A DNA stretch of 64,000 nucleotides from Actinomycetota bacterium (GCA_009885745.1 VFKC01000042.1:11555-75554); one strand, 5' to 3'. Positions 27,471-37,990 are shown, counted from the first letter of the stretch. Made by a program: numbers and translations. Notes: generated from the letters alone by a model not told the origin.

Positions 27471-27543
27471 CTCCCCCGGTTGGACTCGAACCAACAACCG
27501 TTCGATTAACAGTCGAATGCTCTGCCAATTGAGCTACAGGGGA
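27471..27543 (-). tRNA. tRNA-Asn (anticodon GTT)
   Basis: Hand-folded cloverleaf. Acceptor TCCCCTG/CGGGGGA, anticodon stem TTCGA/TCGAA with loop CTGTTAA, T-arm GTTGG-TTCGAGT-CCAAC, discriminator G. CCA is not encoded. The 3' end lies 1 nt from the deoD stop. Confidence 0.95.
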
Positions 27544-27596
27544 TTGAATGGCTCACCAATACTAACAAAGAGCGAGCGAACTTCATACTCGCACTC

Positions 27597-28091
27597 TCAT
27601 ATTCCAAATGTTGCCTGTAAGTGTCCCAAAACTTTGTTCACTTCTAGGGTTCCTCCAGGTGTGCTGGCCAGGTCCGCGTCATCAGCCACGGTCGTCCAAT
27701 TAACACCATTTTTATTACGTCGAGCGATGAACCGTACTCGGCCAACACCTGTTATTTCCTCAACTTGATCAATAACAACTGCGGCTGTGACTCGATCGCG
27801 AACAGCAATTGGCACAAGGCCAGGGGTAACAAGGTTAAATACGAGTTGTTTAGGCAACTCGCTCTGTTCGGATTGGACCACTACAAATAATTCTGGTGGC
27901 TCCCATCGGGCCTGTAACGCGAATTCCCACGGGATTACCTTTGCTGAAGACTCATCGATGCTCACCAGAGAAACATCCGTAACCGCGATAAAACCAGTTA
28001 CTGTCTGTGTCCAAGCCAGTAATCGTTCATTCTTTGGGATTAACTGGATAAGACTTGCAGGAATAGGTTCCTGACGGTCAAAAAATCTCAT
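27597..28091 (-). CDS. hypothetical protein translationally coupled to dnaG
   Basis: 164-aa ORF with an ATGA overlap with the dnaG stop. I recognise no motif. Confidence 0.5.
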   Translation of the reverse strand: MRFFDRQEPIPASLIQLIPKNERLLAWTQTVTGFIAVTDVSLVSIDESSAKVIPWEFALQARWEPPELFVVVQSEQSELPKQLVFNLVTPGLVPIAVRDRVTAAVVIDQVEEITGVGRVRFIARRNKNGVNWTTVADDADLASTPGGTLEVNKVLGHLQATFGI

Positions 28092-29938
28092 GCCTGATCC
28101 CCTACTGCGAACTCGCGCATATCACGTCGATACTTTTCCAGGGAAAGTAAATCTGAAAGAAGTTGAGATTGTTCTTGGGCATCGTTGCCATCCTCAGCAC
28201 GGTTAAGCGCACCTTTAATCTCAGCTATTCGACGTCCGGCATCCATCTCTAAGAGGCGGGCAAGTACTGCTTGCACATAACGCTGATCGGGAGCATCTAA
28301 CGGCAACGGTTCAACAGCCATTGCCCTAATTTGTGATCTGACTTCATCGCTAGGCGCAACTGCGAGCACCGCTGATACCCAATCACTCGATGTACTAAAT
28401 TCCAGTGGATTTCCTGCGCTAACACAAGTTGCAAAGACTGTGGCGGCAACTGGAATAGTGAAAACGGATTCCTCCAGTGACTCAAACCAAGCACCAACAA
28501 GTTGAGGAGCTTGAAGCACACATTTGAGCGCTTCACGCTCGACCAAACCAGCTTGAGTTGCGCCGGCAGCTGGGCCTGGCACTGTTGCAGCGCTCTGACT
28601 GTTCGATTTTTTGCGCATTGAGATGCCAGATTCGGATAGCAGCGCTGATTCACTCATACCGAGCCATCCAGAGACCGTGCGCACATATTCTGGACGTAGC
28701 GCGGGGTCTTTTATCCCAGCCAGAATTGGAGCGACCGCACGCATCGCAGCCACACGCCCTTCGGCCGTATCTAAGTCAAAATCGGAAATAGTAGATCTCA
28801 TTACATACTCAAAAAGTGGGATTCGAGAATCAACTAATGCTTGTACCGCTGATGCGCCACTGCGTAAACGTAAATCGCACGGATCTAGACCATTTGGTTC
28901 AATAGCCACAAATGTGGAAGCAACGAACTTTTGGTCCTCCCCGAATGCCTTGATTGCGGCTTTACGCCCAGCAGCATCACCATCGAATGTGTAAATAACT
29001 TGCGCGTGATGATTGTCATCATCCATCAGAATTCGACGCAATATTTTTACATGGTCAGCGCCAAAGGCAGTGCCACAGGTTGCAACTGCGGTTGTGATCC
29101 CGGCAAGGTGGCAAGCCATAACATCGGTATATCCCTCAACAACTACTGCTTGTTGTTTCTTGGCCATTTCTCGGCGGGCAAGGTCTATGCCATATAAGAC
29201 TTGAGACTTTTTGTAGATTGGAGATTCTGGGGTATTTAAATATTTAGGGCCTTGATCTGAATCACTGAGTTTTCGGGCCCCGAAACCAATTGTGTCTCCA
29301 CCTGAATCGCGGATCGGCCACATCAATCTGTCGCGAAAGCGATCATAGGCACCTCGTTGACCAGATACGGCAAGACCACCTGCCAACATTTCTTCATCTG
29401 TGAAACCACGTGAGCGAAGGTGAGTGCGCAGGCCGTCCCAACCGGCTGGCGAATACCCAACACCGAATGTCACCCAGGACTCTGGGTCAAAACCTCTTTC
29501 GGTTAAGAAAGCCCGAGCATGTTCGGCTTGGGGGCTCTGTAATTGTTGTTGATAGAAGGCACTCGCGGTTTTATGGGCCTCAACAAGACGAGTTCGTTGT
29601 CCTTGCTGATTTGAACCGCCACCACCTGGACCGTCTTCATAACGAAGAACAATTCCATATTTGCCGGCAAGTTTTTCTACTGCTTCGGTAAATGAAAGTG
29701 CATCAATCTTGCGCACAAAAGTTATTACATCGCCACCCTCTCCACATGAGAAGCAATGGTAAAGACCCTTGCTGGGCGTGACGTTGAATGACGGTGATCG
29801 TTCATCATGAAATGGGCATAGACCCTTGTAACTGCCACCACCAGCGGCTTTTAGGGTGACTGTCTCGCGTACCACCTCGTCAATGCGGGCACGGTCGCGA
29901 ACGGTCGATACATCCTCTTCGCGAATTCTGCCGGGCAC
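28088..29938 (-). CDS. dnaG: DNA primase
   Basis: GTG start with N-terminus MPGRIREEDV, zinc finger CPFHDERSPSFNV...CFSCG, Toprim EGYTDV. Confidence 0.95.
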   Translation of the reverse strand: MPGRIREEDVSTVRDRARIDEVVRETVTLKAAGGGSYKGLCPFHDERSPSFNVTPSKGLYHCFSCGEGGDVITFVRKIDALSFTEAVEKLAGKYGIVLRYEDGPGGGGSNQQGQRTRLVEAHKTASAFYQQQLQSPQAEHARAFLTERGFDPESWVTFGVGYSPAGWDGLRTHLRSRGFTDEEMLAGGLAVSGQRGAYDRFRDRLMWPIRDSGGDTIGFGARKLSDSDQGPKYLNTPESPIYKKSQVLYGIDLARREMAKKQQAVVVEGYTDVMACHLAGITTAVATCGTAFGADHVKILRRILMDDDNHHAQVIYTFDGDAAGRKAAIKAFGEDQKFVASTFVAIEPNGLDPCDLRLRSGASAVQALVDSRIPLFEYVMRSTISDFDLDTAEGRVAAMRAVAPILAGIKDPALRPEYVRTVSGWLGMSESALLSESGISMRKKSNSQSAATVPGPAAGATQAGLVEREALKCVLQAPQLVGAWFESLEESVFTIPVAATVFATCVSAGNPLEFSTSSDWVSAVLAVAPSDEVRSQIRAMAVEPLPLDAPDQRYVQAVLARLLEMDAGRRIAEIKGALNRAEDGNDAQEQSQLLSDLLSLEKYRRDMREFAVGDQA

Positions 29939-29948
29939 AACCCCAATG

Positions 29949-31193
29949 TTACGCGCTCACTGCGCCATGCCATTGCACGATACTGACATCTGTCAAGGAA
30001 GCCACATGGTCAATGACCACTCGGGATTTGTCCTGATCACTTGAGGCTTGTAACCACAAATCTTTGTGGAAAGCATCAAGATGGCGTTCAGGGTCAGTGT
30101 TAATTGCCGCTACCAATTCAGTGATTAGTAGCCTTTGACGACTGTAGAGAGTTTCGGCTCCTTCGCGATTCATCACGAAAAGAGCGGCCATGGCCTTGAG
30201 TGCTGTTACTTCATAACGGGCGCTATCAGGCACGATCAAATTGGCCGCATACCTACTCAGCGGATCTGGTCCATACTGTTTGCGTGTTTCTGACTGCGCT
30301 GCCACACAGAAACGGCCGACAAGGGTGCTGGTGAGGTTCTTGAGGCTTGCTAATGCCCGAGTGGTCCCATCATAGGTACCGGGCCAGCTCGGCAACTGAG
30401 CTAGTCGCACCAAAGCCTCCTCAAGTTCGGCTGCTCGGAACTGCGTTCCGTACCATTTGCGAGCAATTTCGATAACCTCACTTCGCCCACTTTGAGAGAG
30501 CATGGCATCAATATTTAAGTGACCGCCATAGATCGCATCTTCGATGTCATGAACACAATATGAAACATCATCCGACCAATCCATAACTTGGGCTTCAAAA
30601 CAAGTTTGGTCATCGGTGCGGCCATTACGAACCCAAGTGAAGACATCTACGTCATCTTCATAAACGCCAAATTTTGCTTGTTCTGCTCGTCGCGCCCAAG
30701 GGTATTTGGAAGCAGCATCAAGGGTTGCTCTGGTCAGATTTAAACCAATCGATTGGTTAGGCCTTGGGCCATCGGGCGCACTAAATGCCTTAGGTTCTAA
30801 TCGAGTTAAAAGTCGAAATGATTGAGCGTTCCCCTCGAAACCACCAATGTCTGCTGCTAGTTCATTTAGCGCAGTTTCGCCATTATGCCCAAAGGGAGGG
30901 TGACCAAGGTCATGCGCCAAACAAGCAGCGTCAACTAAATCTGGATCACATCCCAACGCGGCACCAAGTTCACGGCCTACCTGTGCGCACTCTAGTGAGT
31001 GCGTTAACCGAGTGCGCGGAAAATCATCGAGGCCTGCTTCCATAACTTGGGTCTTAACCCCGAGTCTGCGCAAAGCTGAACTATGCATCACCCGTGCGCG
31101 ATCACGGGCAAATTCTGTGCGTTGAACACCTTTGTTCGGCTCATCGACCCAACGCATAGCGTCAATTGACTCGTAACCAATTAAAGATTTCAT
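29949..31193 (-). CDS. dgt: dGTP triphosphohydrolase-like HD-domain protein
   Basis: HD motifs RLTHSLECAQVGR and AHDLGHPPFGH. Conserved position upstream of dnaG. Confidence 0.9.
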   Translation of the reverse strand: MKSLIGYESIDAMRWVDEPNKGVQRTEFARDRARVMHSSALRRLGVKTQVMEAGLDDFPRTRLTHSLECAQVGRELGAALGCDPDLVDAACLAHDLGHPPFGHNGETALNELAADIGGFEGNAQSFRLLTRLEPKAFSAPDGPRPNQSIGLNLTRATLDAASKYPWARRAEQAKFGVYEDDVDVFTWVRNGRTDDQTCFEAQVMDWSDDVSYCVHDIEDAIYGGHLNIDAMLSQSGRSEVIEIARKWYGTQFRAAELEEALVRLAQLPSWPGTYDGTTRALASLKNLTSTLVGRFCVAAQSETRKQYGPDPLSRYAANLIVPDSARYEVTALKAMAALFVMNREGAETLYSRQRLLITELVAAINTDPERHLDAFHKDLWLQASSDQDKSRVVIDHVASLTDVSIVQWHGAVSA

Positions 31194-31217
31194 CGCACCT
31201 ACCTCAATACCATTTTG

Positions 31218-32384
31218 CTATCCGCCACTGACACTTAGTTCAGCTTCGCGAACAGTTTCTTGTTCTTCAGTGGACATTGATTGCGACAGGAGCCAGCCCT
31301 GCGGAAGGTTTACTCGTCTATCTGGAGTAGTCCTTCCACGAGGTGACTTCGCAATTTCATCAGACAATAACTGCGCACGATCAATTGTGTTAAGCAATTC
31401 ATCTAGCTGCGAAAGTGATGACAGTAACGATAGGGCTCCCCTGGTTTCGCTACCTGCAACAATTCCTTTTAGATACCAAGCCATGTGCTTGCGCATTTCC
31501 TGACAACCACGAAATTCGTCACCATTCATTTCAGCAAGTAACTGGGCATGACGGCGCATAAAATCAACGATGAATCCGGCATTTGGCTCATTTGGGATCT
31601 CTTCACCCGCGAAAGCCGCACGAATTTGGCCAAAAAGCCATGGTCTACCCAAACAGCCACGACCAATAACAACTCCACGAGCGCCCGTATGCGCAATCAT
31701 TTGTTTCGCATCATGCGCTGTCCAAATGTCGCCGTTGCCCAGCACTGGAGTATCTGGAATATGTTCAACGAGTCGTGCGATTGCATCCCAATCGGCTTGA
31801 CCACCGTAATACTGTGCTGCGGTTCTGCCATGAAGTGCAACCCAGGTGACCCCAGCTTCGGCCGCGATTTTTCCAGCATCAAGGTAAGTAATGTGATCAT
31901 CATCTATCCCGATACGCATCTTTATGGTTACCGGGACTTTGCCTTGAGCGCCAGCAACCGCTGCATTAACAATTGATGAAAATAAATCACGCTTCCAAGG
32001 CAGTGCGCTACCGCCACCTTTGCGGGTAACTTTGGGAACCGGGCAACCAAAATTCAAGTCAACATGATCTGCCATGTCCTCATCAACAAGCATCCGAACT
32101 GCATCGCCGACAATTTTGGGATCGACACCATAAAGTTGCGCACTTCGAATTTGCTCATCTTCATCAAAAGTCACTAGATCTATAGTTTCTGGATGTCGCA
32201 GCAACAGTGCCTGTGACGTGGTCATCTCCGCTACATAGATTGTTCCTTGCGTGTCTGTCTGCCCATTGGAGGCACGGATTGCAGTTGATGCTTCTCTACA
32301 GACCCGACGAAAGGCTCTGTTGGTAATCCCAGCCATCGGCGCGAGCTCGATGACTGGATTGGTGGCAAGTAGGTCAGCGAACAT
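31218..32384 (-). CDS. dus: tRNA-dihydrouridine synthase
   Basis: LAPMAGITNRAFR and NFGCP motifs. The ATG at 32384 overlaps the glyQS TGA by 1 nt (TGATG). The longer ORF-track start at 32414 is unlikely. Confidence 0.9.
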   Translation of the reverse strand: MFADLLATNPVIELAPMAGITNRAFRRVCREASTAIRASNGQTDTQGTIYVAEMTTSQALLLRHPETIDLVTFDEDEQIRSAQLYGVDPKIVGDAVRMLVDEDMADHVDLNFGCPVPKVTRKGGGSALPWKRDLFSSIVNAAVAGAQGKVPVTIKMRIGIDDDHITYLDAGKIAAEAGVTWVALHGRTAAQYYGGQADWDAIARLVEHIPDTPVLGNGDIWTAHDAKQMIAHTGARGVVIGRGCLGRPWLFGQIRAAFAGEEIPNEPNAGFIVDFMRRHAQLLAEMNGDEFRGCQEMRKHMAWYLKGIVAGSETRGALSLLSSLSQLDELLNTIDRAQLLSDEIAKSPRGRTTPDRRVNLPQGWLLSQSMSTEEQETVREAELSVSGG

Positions 32385-33760
32385 CAGCAGCCAACGAGAC
32401 GCTCGGCCAACCATCCAACGATTGAATCAAGCCCAACACGCACTTGTTCCATCGTGTCTCGATCGCGCACAGTCACAGCATTATCTTCTAGTGTTTCAAA
32501 GTCCACTGTGATGCAAAATGGAGTACCGATTTCATCTTGGCGACGATAACGTCGACCGATTGCGCCGGCATCATCGAACTCAATGTTCCAGTTTTTGCGA
32601 AGTTCACTCGCTAAATCGCGAGCCTTAGGACTGAGGTCAGCATTGCGTGACAGAGGTAAGACTGCTGCTTTCACAGGGGCAAGTCGTCGGTCAAAGCGCA
32701 TAACCACTCGGGTGTCAACGCCACCCTTTGTGTTTGGTGCTTGATCTTCGTCATATGCCTCAAGCATGAATGCCAAAACAGCACGAGTTAAACCTGCAGC
32801 AGGCTCAATCACGTAAGGGACATACTTCTCGCCGGTTTCTTGATCAAAGAACGAGAGGTCTTTGCCAGAGTGTTCCATGTGAGTTTTAAGGTCGAAGTCG
32901 GTACGGTTTGCAACACCTTCAAGTTCACCGAATTCGTTGCCACCAAATTCAAACTTGTATTCGATGTCTACAGTGCGCTTTGAGTAGTGCGACAGTTTTT
33001 CTTTTGGATGTTCAAAGTAGCGAAGATTCTCAGGAGAAAGACCTAAATCGACATACCAATTCCAGCGTTCTTGTAGCCAGTAGTCATGCCACTGCTCGTC
33101 AGTGCCAGGTGGGACAAAGAATTCCATTTCCATCTGTTCAAATTCACGAGTGCGGAATATGAAGTTGCCCGGTGTAATTTCATTGCGGAAAGATTTTCCA
33201 GTTTGCCCGATACCAAATGGTGGCTTCTTGCGAGCTGAAGATGCGACATTTGCATAGTTAACAAAAATTCCCTGCGCTGTTTCAGGTCGTAGATAATGAA
33301 GTGAATTTTCATCCACGACAGGACCAACATGTGTGGAAAGTAACCCATTGAACATTTTTGGTTCGGTGAATTGACCCTTTTGACCGCAATTTGGACAAGG
33401 TATGTCAGCTAGCCCATTTTCGGCCGGGCGACCTTTGCGGCCTTCAAATTCTTCAAGTAGGTGGTCTTCACGGAAACGCTTGTGGCAACCGAGGCACTCA
33501 GTGAGTGGATCGACGAAAGCGGAGATGTGTCCTGAAGCAACCCAAACTTGGGGAGCCAAAATCACAGATGAATCAAGACCAACAACATCTTCGCGAGCCT
33601 GAACAACCGATTTCCACCATTGGCGACGAACATTTTCTTTCAGTTCAACACCTAGTGGCCCGTAATCCCAAGCTGAACGGGTGCCACCATAAATCTCACT
33701 GGATGGAAATACAAAGCCACGACGCTTGGACAGATTAACGACTGATTCAACGCGATCCAT
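32384..33760 (-). CDS. glyQS: glycine--tRNA ligase (alpha2 type)
   Basis: [15 protein letters not shown] near the N-terminus. 458 aa. Confidence 0.95.
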   Translation of the reverse strand: MDRVESVVNLSKRRGFVFPSSEIYGGTRSAWDYGPLGVELKENVRRQWWKSVVQAREDVVGLDSSVILAPQVWVASGHISAFVDPLTECLGCHKRFREDHLLEEFEGRKGRPAENGLADIPCPNCGQKGQFTEPKMFNGLLSTHVGPVVDENSLHYLRPETAQGIFVNYANVASSARKKPPFGIGQTGKSFRNEITPGNFIFRTREFEQMEMEFFVPPGTDEQWHDYWLQERWNWYVDLGLSPENLRYFEHPKEKLSHYSKRTVDIEYKFEFGGNEFGELEGVANRTDFDLKTHMEHSGKDLSFFDQETGEKYVPYVIEPAAGLTRAVLAFMLEAYDEDQAPNTKGGVDTRVVMRFDRRLAPVKAAVLPLSRNADLSPKARDLASELRKNWNIEFDDAGAIGRRYRRQDEIGTPFCITVDFETLEDNAVTVRDRDTMEQVRVGLDSIVGWLAERLVGC

Positions 33761-33853
33761 TTTTCACTCAACTATTCCTTGGGCCAGCCGACTGGTTGCC
33801 GGCCACGATTCTTTTTAGTCTATCGGGGCAAATGACTAGGTTTTGGCACTTAG

Positions 33854-34195
33854 TTACTCGCTCACGCTGGTGTCATAGGTTCGAATTTCCACTGGAGTGA
33901 CTTGCAATAAAGTTTCATAAGCACTTGGCTGATCAATCATGCCTGCCAGAAAGGGCCACACTATCATTTTGGATTCGGTGCTTGAAAGCGCTCGACGATA
34001 GGAACCTACGTCTTGCCACTCGCAAGTAACTAAGTGACGCTGTGGCTCATCTGGGCTACGAATGATTGCGCCTGCTATAAATCCGTCTTTGATCTGGAGA
34101 ACTTCAAGGGCTGATAGCGCAGCTGCTGACCAGGTTGTCAGGTCATCTACGTCAAATGCCCAGACCGAATTGAAAGTTCCTAATTGGGCGCTCAA
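33854..34195 (-). CDS. small cytoplasmic protein, possibly ABM (antibiotic-biosynthesis-monooxygenase)-fold
   Basis: 113-aa ORF with a 4-nt overlap with the upstream small membrane ORF. The fold guess rests on size and pattern only. Confidence 0.35.
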   Translation of the reverse strand: MSAQLGTFNSVWAFDVDDLTTWSAAALSALEVLQIKDGFIAGAIIRSPDEPQRHLVTCEWQDVGSYRRALSSTESKMIVWPFLAGMIDQPSAYETLLQVTPVEIRTYDTSVSE

Positions 34196-34476
34196 TTTAG
34201 GAATCTAACTACAGCAGAAACGATAACTAGCAAGACCGCTAAGGCGCGAAGCAACCTTGTCCTTGGCTCTAGTAATGGCCAAGAAAGTAGAAGTAACCAG
34301 CCGATAAATATTGCCACAACCAGCAATGCGATGAATCCAAGAATCCCTGTATTAACGAGACCGATAAACATCAGCCCAACTAGAACTATGAGCACAGTAG
34401 CGCGAGGTAGGCCATGAATAAAGATCAAAATCGGGGCACTATTGCGCTCAAATGAATTGCGTAGCGAAGTTCTCAT
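34192..34476 (-). CDS. small membrane protein (two hydrophobic helices)
   Basis: 94-aa ORF with two long hydrophobic stretches, coupled to the downstream ORF. Confidence 0.45.
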   Translation of the reverse strand: MRTSLRNSFERNSAPILIFIHGLPRATVLIVLVGLMFIGLVNTGILGFIALLVVAIFIGWLLLLSWPLLEPRTRLLRALAVLLVIVSAVVRFLN

Positions 34477-34487
34477 GACTTAAGTCA
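34476..34487. promoter_or_regulatory. perfect 12-bp palindrome TGACTTAAGTCA filling the 14-bp divergent gap between the small-membrane ORF and the ZIP gene
   Basis: Read directly. It overlaps the first base of the minus-strand ATG and ends 3 nt before ATG 34491. Confidence 0.3.
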
Positions 34488-34490
34488 AAC

Positions 34491-35282
34491 ATGTTTGCAT
34501 TAAATTTCAGACCACCGAACCACTGCGCTAGGCTTGCAGTTATGGCAATCCTGTTGGCAATCATCACAGTGTGCTCAACTGCACTTGGCGGAACTCTCGC
34601 GTTGCGCTCAAAAGACAGTATGCATCTACTGCTTGGACTTTCTGGTGGGTTGCTATTAGGGCTTGCTTCGTTTGATCTAATTCCTGAGGTTTTTGAACTA
34701 AACACCGCCACCTTGGGCAAGGTTCCGACCGTCATGGTCTTGTTGGTACTTGGCTTTTTGTCACTGCATATTTTGGAAGGTGTTTCCGGCGCGCATGAGC
34801 CTGCTGAGTCTGACTACGCACACGACCACGAGCACACTCACAATCTAAGTGCGGGTCTCGTAGGTGCATCAGCGATGGTGGTGCATGTATTTCTCGACGG
34901 AGTGGCACTAGGACTCGCCTTTCAAGTTTCTAACGCACTGGGTATTGCTGTTGCGATTGCGGTTGTTGTCCATGCGTTTACCGACGGCTTGAACACCGTT
35001 GCCTTGTTAGTAAATTCGGGTAACTGGAAACGCAAATCCGCATACTTGCTCGCAGTAGATGGCGTTGCACGAATTTCCGGCGCAGCTTTAGGAACCTACA
35101 TTGCCATTAGCAACGTCCTGCTGGGAAGTTACTTAGCCGTCTTTGCCGGAATGTTGATTTATCTGGCTACTTCACACATTTTGCCCGAAGCACACAGTAA
35201 GCATCCATCGAGGCTAACGCTCTTGAGTACAGTACTGGGCGTCGTAATTATGTTCACAATTGTGAACTTCACGGCTCACTAA
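34491..35282 (+). CDS. ZIP-family divalent metal (zinc) transporter
   Basis: About 8 TM segments, a His-rich loop [16 protein letters not shown] and a HAFTDG motif. An alternative start at ATG 34542 (MAILLAI) is possible. Confidence 0.8.
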   Translation: MFALNFRPPNHCARLAVMAILLAIITVCSTALGGTLALRSKDSMHLLLGLSGGLLLGLASFDLIPEVFELNTATLGKVPTVMVLLVLGFLSLHILEGVSGAHEPAESDYAHDHEHTHNLSAGLVGASAMVVHVFLDGVALGLAFQVSNALGIAVAIAVVVHAFTDGLNTVALLVNSGNWKRKSAYLLAVDGVARISGAALGTYIAISNVLLGSYLAVFAGMLIYLATSHILPEAHSKHPSRLTLLSTVLGVVIMFTIVNFTAH

Positions 35283-36079
35283 TCTGTCGGCAATTCATTT
35301 GGAATTGCTCCACCATAACGGCGATCACGCGATGCAAATATTTCACAGGCGTGCCACAAATGGCGGCGGTCGAAATCTGGCCAGAGCGTTGGCAGGAAAA
35401 CAAATTCGGCATAGGCGCTTTGCCATAACAAGAAGTTGCTTATTCTTTGTTCCCCACTTGATCGCACAAACAAATCAACATCAGGCATATCTGGTTCATC
35501 CATAAATTTGCGCAACGTTTTTTCAGTCACTTTTTTTGGATCAAGCGTTCCATCGGCAACTGCTTGCGCGATTGCGGAGGCTGCATCGACAATTTCAGCG
35601 CGACCGCCATAATTAACACACATTGTTAAAGTTAGTTTCGTATTCTTTGCGGTCAGTTTTTCAGCAGTTTCTAGTTCCTCAATTACCGAACGCCAAAGCT
35701 TTGGGCGTCTACCAGCCCAACGAATCCGGACCCCTAAGTCATTCATTTCATCGCGGCGGCGGCGAATCACATCTCGATTAAATCCCATCAGGAATTTAAC
35801 TTCCTCTGGTGAACGACGCCAATTCTCTGTAGAAAAAGCATAAGCAGAGATCCAGCCGATTCCCAGTTCTAGTGCGCCATGAACGCAATCGAGCAGACTT
35901 GATTCGCCTGCCTCATGTCCGGCTGTTCGCGGTAAACCTCGTTCTTTAGCCCATCTGCCATTTCCATCCATGACTATCGCGACATGGTTTGGCACAAGTT
36001 CCTTGGGAATCTGTGGCGCCTCGGCTCCAGACACATGCTTCACAGGTTCAGACCACATGTTGTAATCCTGCCATGTCAC
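35279..36079 (-). CDS. uppS: isoprenyl transferase / undecaprenyl-diphosphate synthase
   Basis: [13 protein letters not shown] and FSTENWRR motifs. Confidence 0.95.
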   Translation of the reverse strand: MTWQDYNMWSEPVKHVSGAEAPQIPKELVPNHVAIVMDGNGRWAKERGLPRTAGHEAGESSLLDCVHGALELGIGWISAYAFSTENWRRSPEEVKFLMGFNRDVIRRRRDEMNDLGVRIRWAGRRPKLWRSVIEELETAEKLTAKNTKLTLTMCVNYGGRAEIVDAASAIAQAVADGTLDPKKVTEKTLRKFMDEPDMPDVDLFVRSSGEQRISNFLLWQSAYAEFVFLPTLWPDFDRRHLWHACEIFASRDRRYGGAIPNELPTD

Positions 36080-36813
36080 TACCCATTGCGGTCAACGAGA
36101 GGTAACGAACGCAAACCACGTTCAAGATGCCACTGGACGTATGCAGAGACTAATCCAGATACGAGACTTCGCTCACTCGGTTGCGCCGCATCAACCACTT
36201 CCCAATCACCTTGAAGAAGCGCACGCAGGAGCTGCCAAGACTCAGGTTTTGGCGCGACACTTCCTGGCACTCGATGCTCTGCGCACAATGCGCCTCCAGT
36301 TGCCACATGGAAGAAAGGTTGGTCGCCCATGTCGCCGCATGTGATGCAACTATCCAGCGAAGGTGCGTAACCGGCAAGTGACATGGCTCGCAACAAATAA
36401 GAGTTGAGTACCAGCGGCGAATCGTGTTCTGCAGTTACCAACGTTCTAAGTCCACCAACTAACAAAAGATACTGTGCCTCGACTGAGACTGACTCCTCTG
36501 CTGCCATTCGCTCTGCTGTTTCTAGCATGGTTTGGCCCGCTGTCCACAGTGTGTAGTCCGCAGCAAGTTCCTGCCCGAAGGAACTCAAAGACTCGGCCTG
36601 GGTGATTATGTCAAGGTTTTTGCCCTGGTGAATCAGTAGGTCAACACGACTAAATGGCTCTAAGCGAGAGCCAAATTTACTGCGTGTACGCCGTACACCT
36701 TTAGCAACAGCACGAACTTTGCCACGCTCTCGGGTAAGCAATGTGATGATTCGATCAGCTTCACCTAATTTGTGTGTGCGCAAGACAATAGCTTCGGCGC
36801 GATAACTAGGCAT
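36079..36813 (-). CDS. recO: DNA repair protein RecO
   Basis: N-terminal OB-fold pattern [15 protein letters not shown], Zn motif CITCG...CAEH, and synteny era-recO-uppS. Confidence 0.85.
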   Translation of the reverse strand: MPSYRAEAIVLRTHKLGEADRIITLLTRERGKVRAVAKGVRRTRSKFGSRLEPFSRVDLLIHQGKNLDIITQAESLSSFGQELAADYTLWTAGQTMLETAERMAAEESVSVEAQYLLLVGGLRTLVTAEHDSPLVLNSYLLRAMSLAGYAPSLDSCITCGDMGDQPFFHVATGGALCAEHRVPGSVAPKPESWQLLRALLQGDWEVVDAAQPSERSLVSGLVSAYVQWHLERGLRSLPLVDRNG

Positions 36814-36865
36814 TGCCCTATCGTGTCACGCTTTGGATATAAATTTCATCAGGTAACCTGCAGTT

Positions 36866-37990
36866 ATGACTAATAACGAACATCAACATCAAAAAAATAT
36901 TCAATTTATCGAGCTCGAGCAGCATTCACTGAACCGCACTCTGCGCACCATAACTTTGTGGGTAATTGGATTTTTGTTGTTTGCCTGGATTTTTCAACAC
37001 AATCGCAGTTTCTTGCTATTGCTGGCCATATCCTGGCTATTTGCTATTGCGATGGATCCCGCCATCAGATCCTTGTCAGATCGCGGCTGGAAACGTGGCC
37101 GAGCAACAGGTCTAGTTCTATTTCTTGTGGTTTTAGTTTCAATTGCATTCGTAGGGATTTTTGGTGGTGTGCTCTTTAGTCAGGCGGCGTCATTAGTACA
37201 GGCAATTCCGTCTCTTGTGACTGACATTGTGCAGTGGATTAGTAAAACTTTCTCATTAAATCTTGACCCCACAACCATTGTCGATAAGCTCAATGTTTCT
37301 CCGTCACAGATGGCTGCCTGGGCAAGCAACTTCGCTGGTGGGGCAGTCGGGATCTTAGGCGCAATTGTTGGTGGACTTTTCCAAATTTTGACCACATTAC
37401 TTTTCACGTTCTACTTCGCTGCTGAAGGTCCTCGGGCCCGCAGCTTAATTGGCTCGTGGCTAAATCCCACTGCTCAAGAAATTTTCGTGACGACTTGGGA
37501 CGTTGCAGTTAAGAAAACTGGTGGGTTTGTAGTTTCTAAAGTCTTTATGGCAGCAGCCTCAATAACTGCGCATTCCATATTCTTTGCCGTGATTGGGGTT
37601 CCTTATTGGTTACCAATGGCGATTATTACTGGCGTGACGAGTCAATTCATCCCAACTATCGGCACCTACTTAGGCATCCTGATTCCTGCCTTGTTCGCCT
37701 TGTTTAATGAGCCAGTAAGTGCGATTTACATTCTTATTTTCGCCACGATTTATCAGCAATTCGAAAACTATGTGATTTCGCCAAGAATTAGCAAAATGAC
37801 AATGGACATACATCCGGCAATCGCATTTGGATCTGTAATTGTTTTCGCAAACCTCTTTGGTGCTATGGGCGCTGTTGTTTCGATTCCAATTGCTGCTGCA
37901 CTAGTTTCTATAGTTGGCACCTACGGACAGCGTTACGAATTGATTCCGGCACTTCGCGAAGCCAAAGAACACGAAGCGCTTGTTGAATAG
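36866..37990 (+). CDS. AI-2E family transporter (PerM-like permease)
   Basis: 374 aa and polytopic. The C-terminal half pattern (VPYWLPMAIITGV...IPTIG) is typical of the AI-2E/PerM family. Confidence 0.75.
   Translation: MTNNEHQHQKNIQFIELEQHSLNRTLRTITLWVIGFLLFAWIFQHNRSFLLLLAISWLFAIAMDPAIRSLSDRGWKRGRATGLVLFLVVLVSIAFVGIFGGVLFSQAASLVQAIPSLVTDIVQWISKTFSLNLDPTTIVDKLNVSPSQMAAWASNFAGGAVGILGAIVGGLFQILTTLLFTFYFAAEGPRARSLIGSWLNPTAQEIFVTTWDVAVKKTGGFVVSKVFMAAASITAHSIFFAVIGVPYWLPMAIITGVTSQFIPTIGTYLGILIPALFALFNEPVSAIYILIFATIYQQFENYVISPRISKMTMDIHPAIAFGSVIVFANLFGAMGAVVSIPIAAALVSIVGTYGQRYELIPALREAKEHEALVE

Noticed and set aside
27471-27543. Integrase, att repeat or other mobile-element hallmark next to tRNA-Asn.
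   Set aside because: No integrase or recombinase ORF occurs anywhere in the window, and no second copy of the tRNA 3' segment was found by eye. The island idea is kept only as a low-confidence inference.
27517-27768. 83-aa plus-strand ORF starting inside the tRNA-Asn gene.
   Set aside because: It overlaps the tRNA and the 3' part of the dnaG-coupled ORF. It has no SD and its translation is meaningless.
29949-31193. dGTPase as a possible anti-phage nucleotide-depletion defence gene.
   Set aside because: It sits in the universally conserved dgt-dnaG housekeeping position, with 10-nt spacing to dnaG. No other defence-type genes are nearby.
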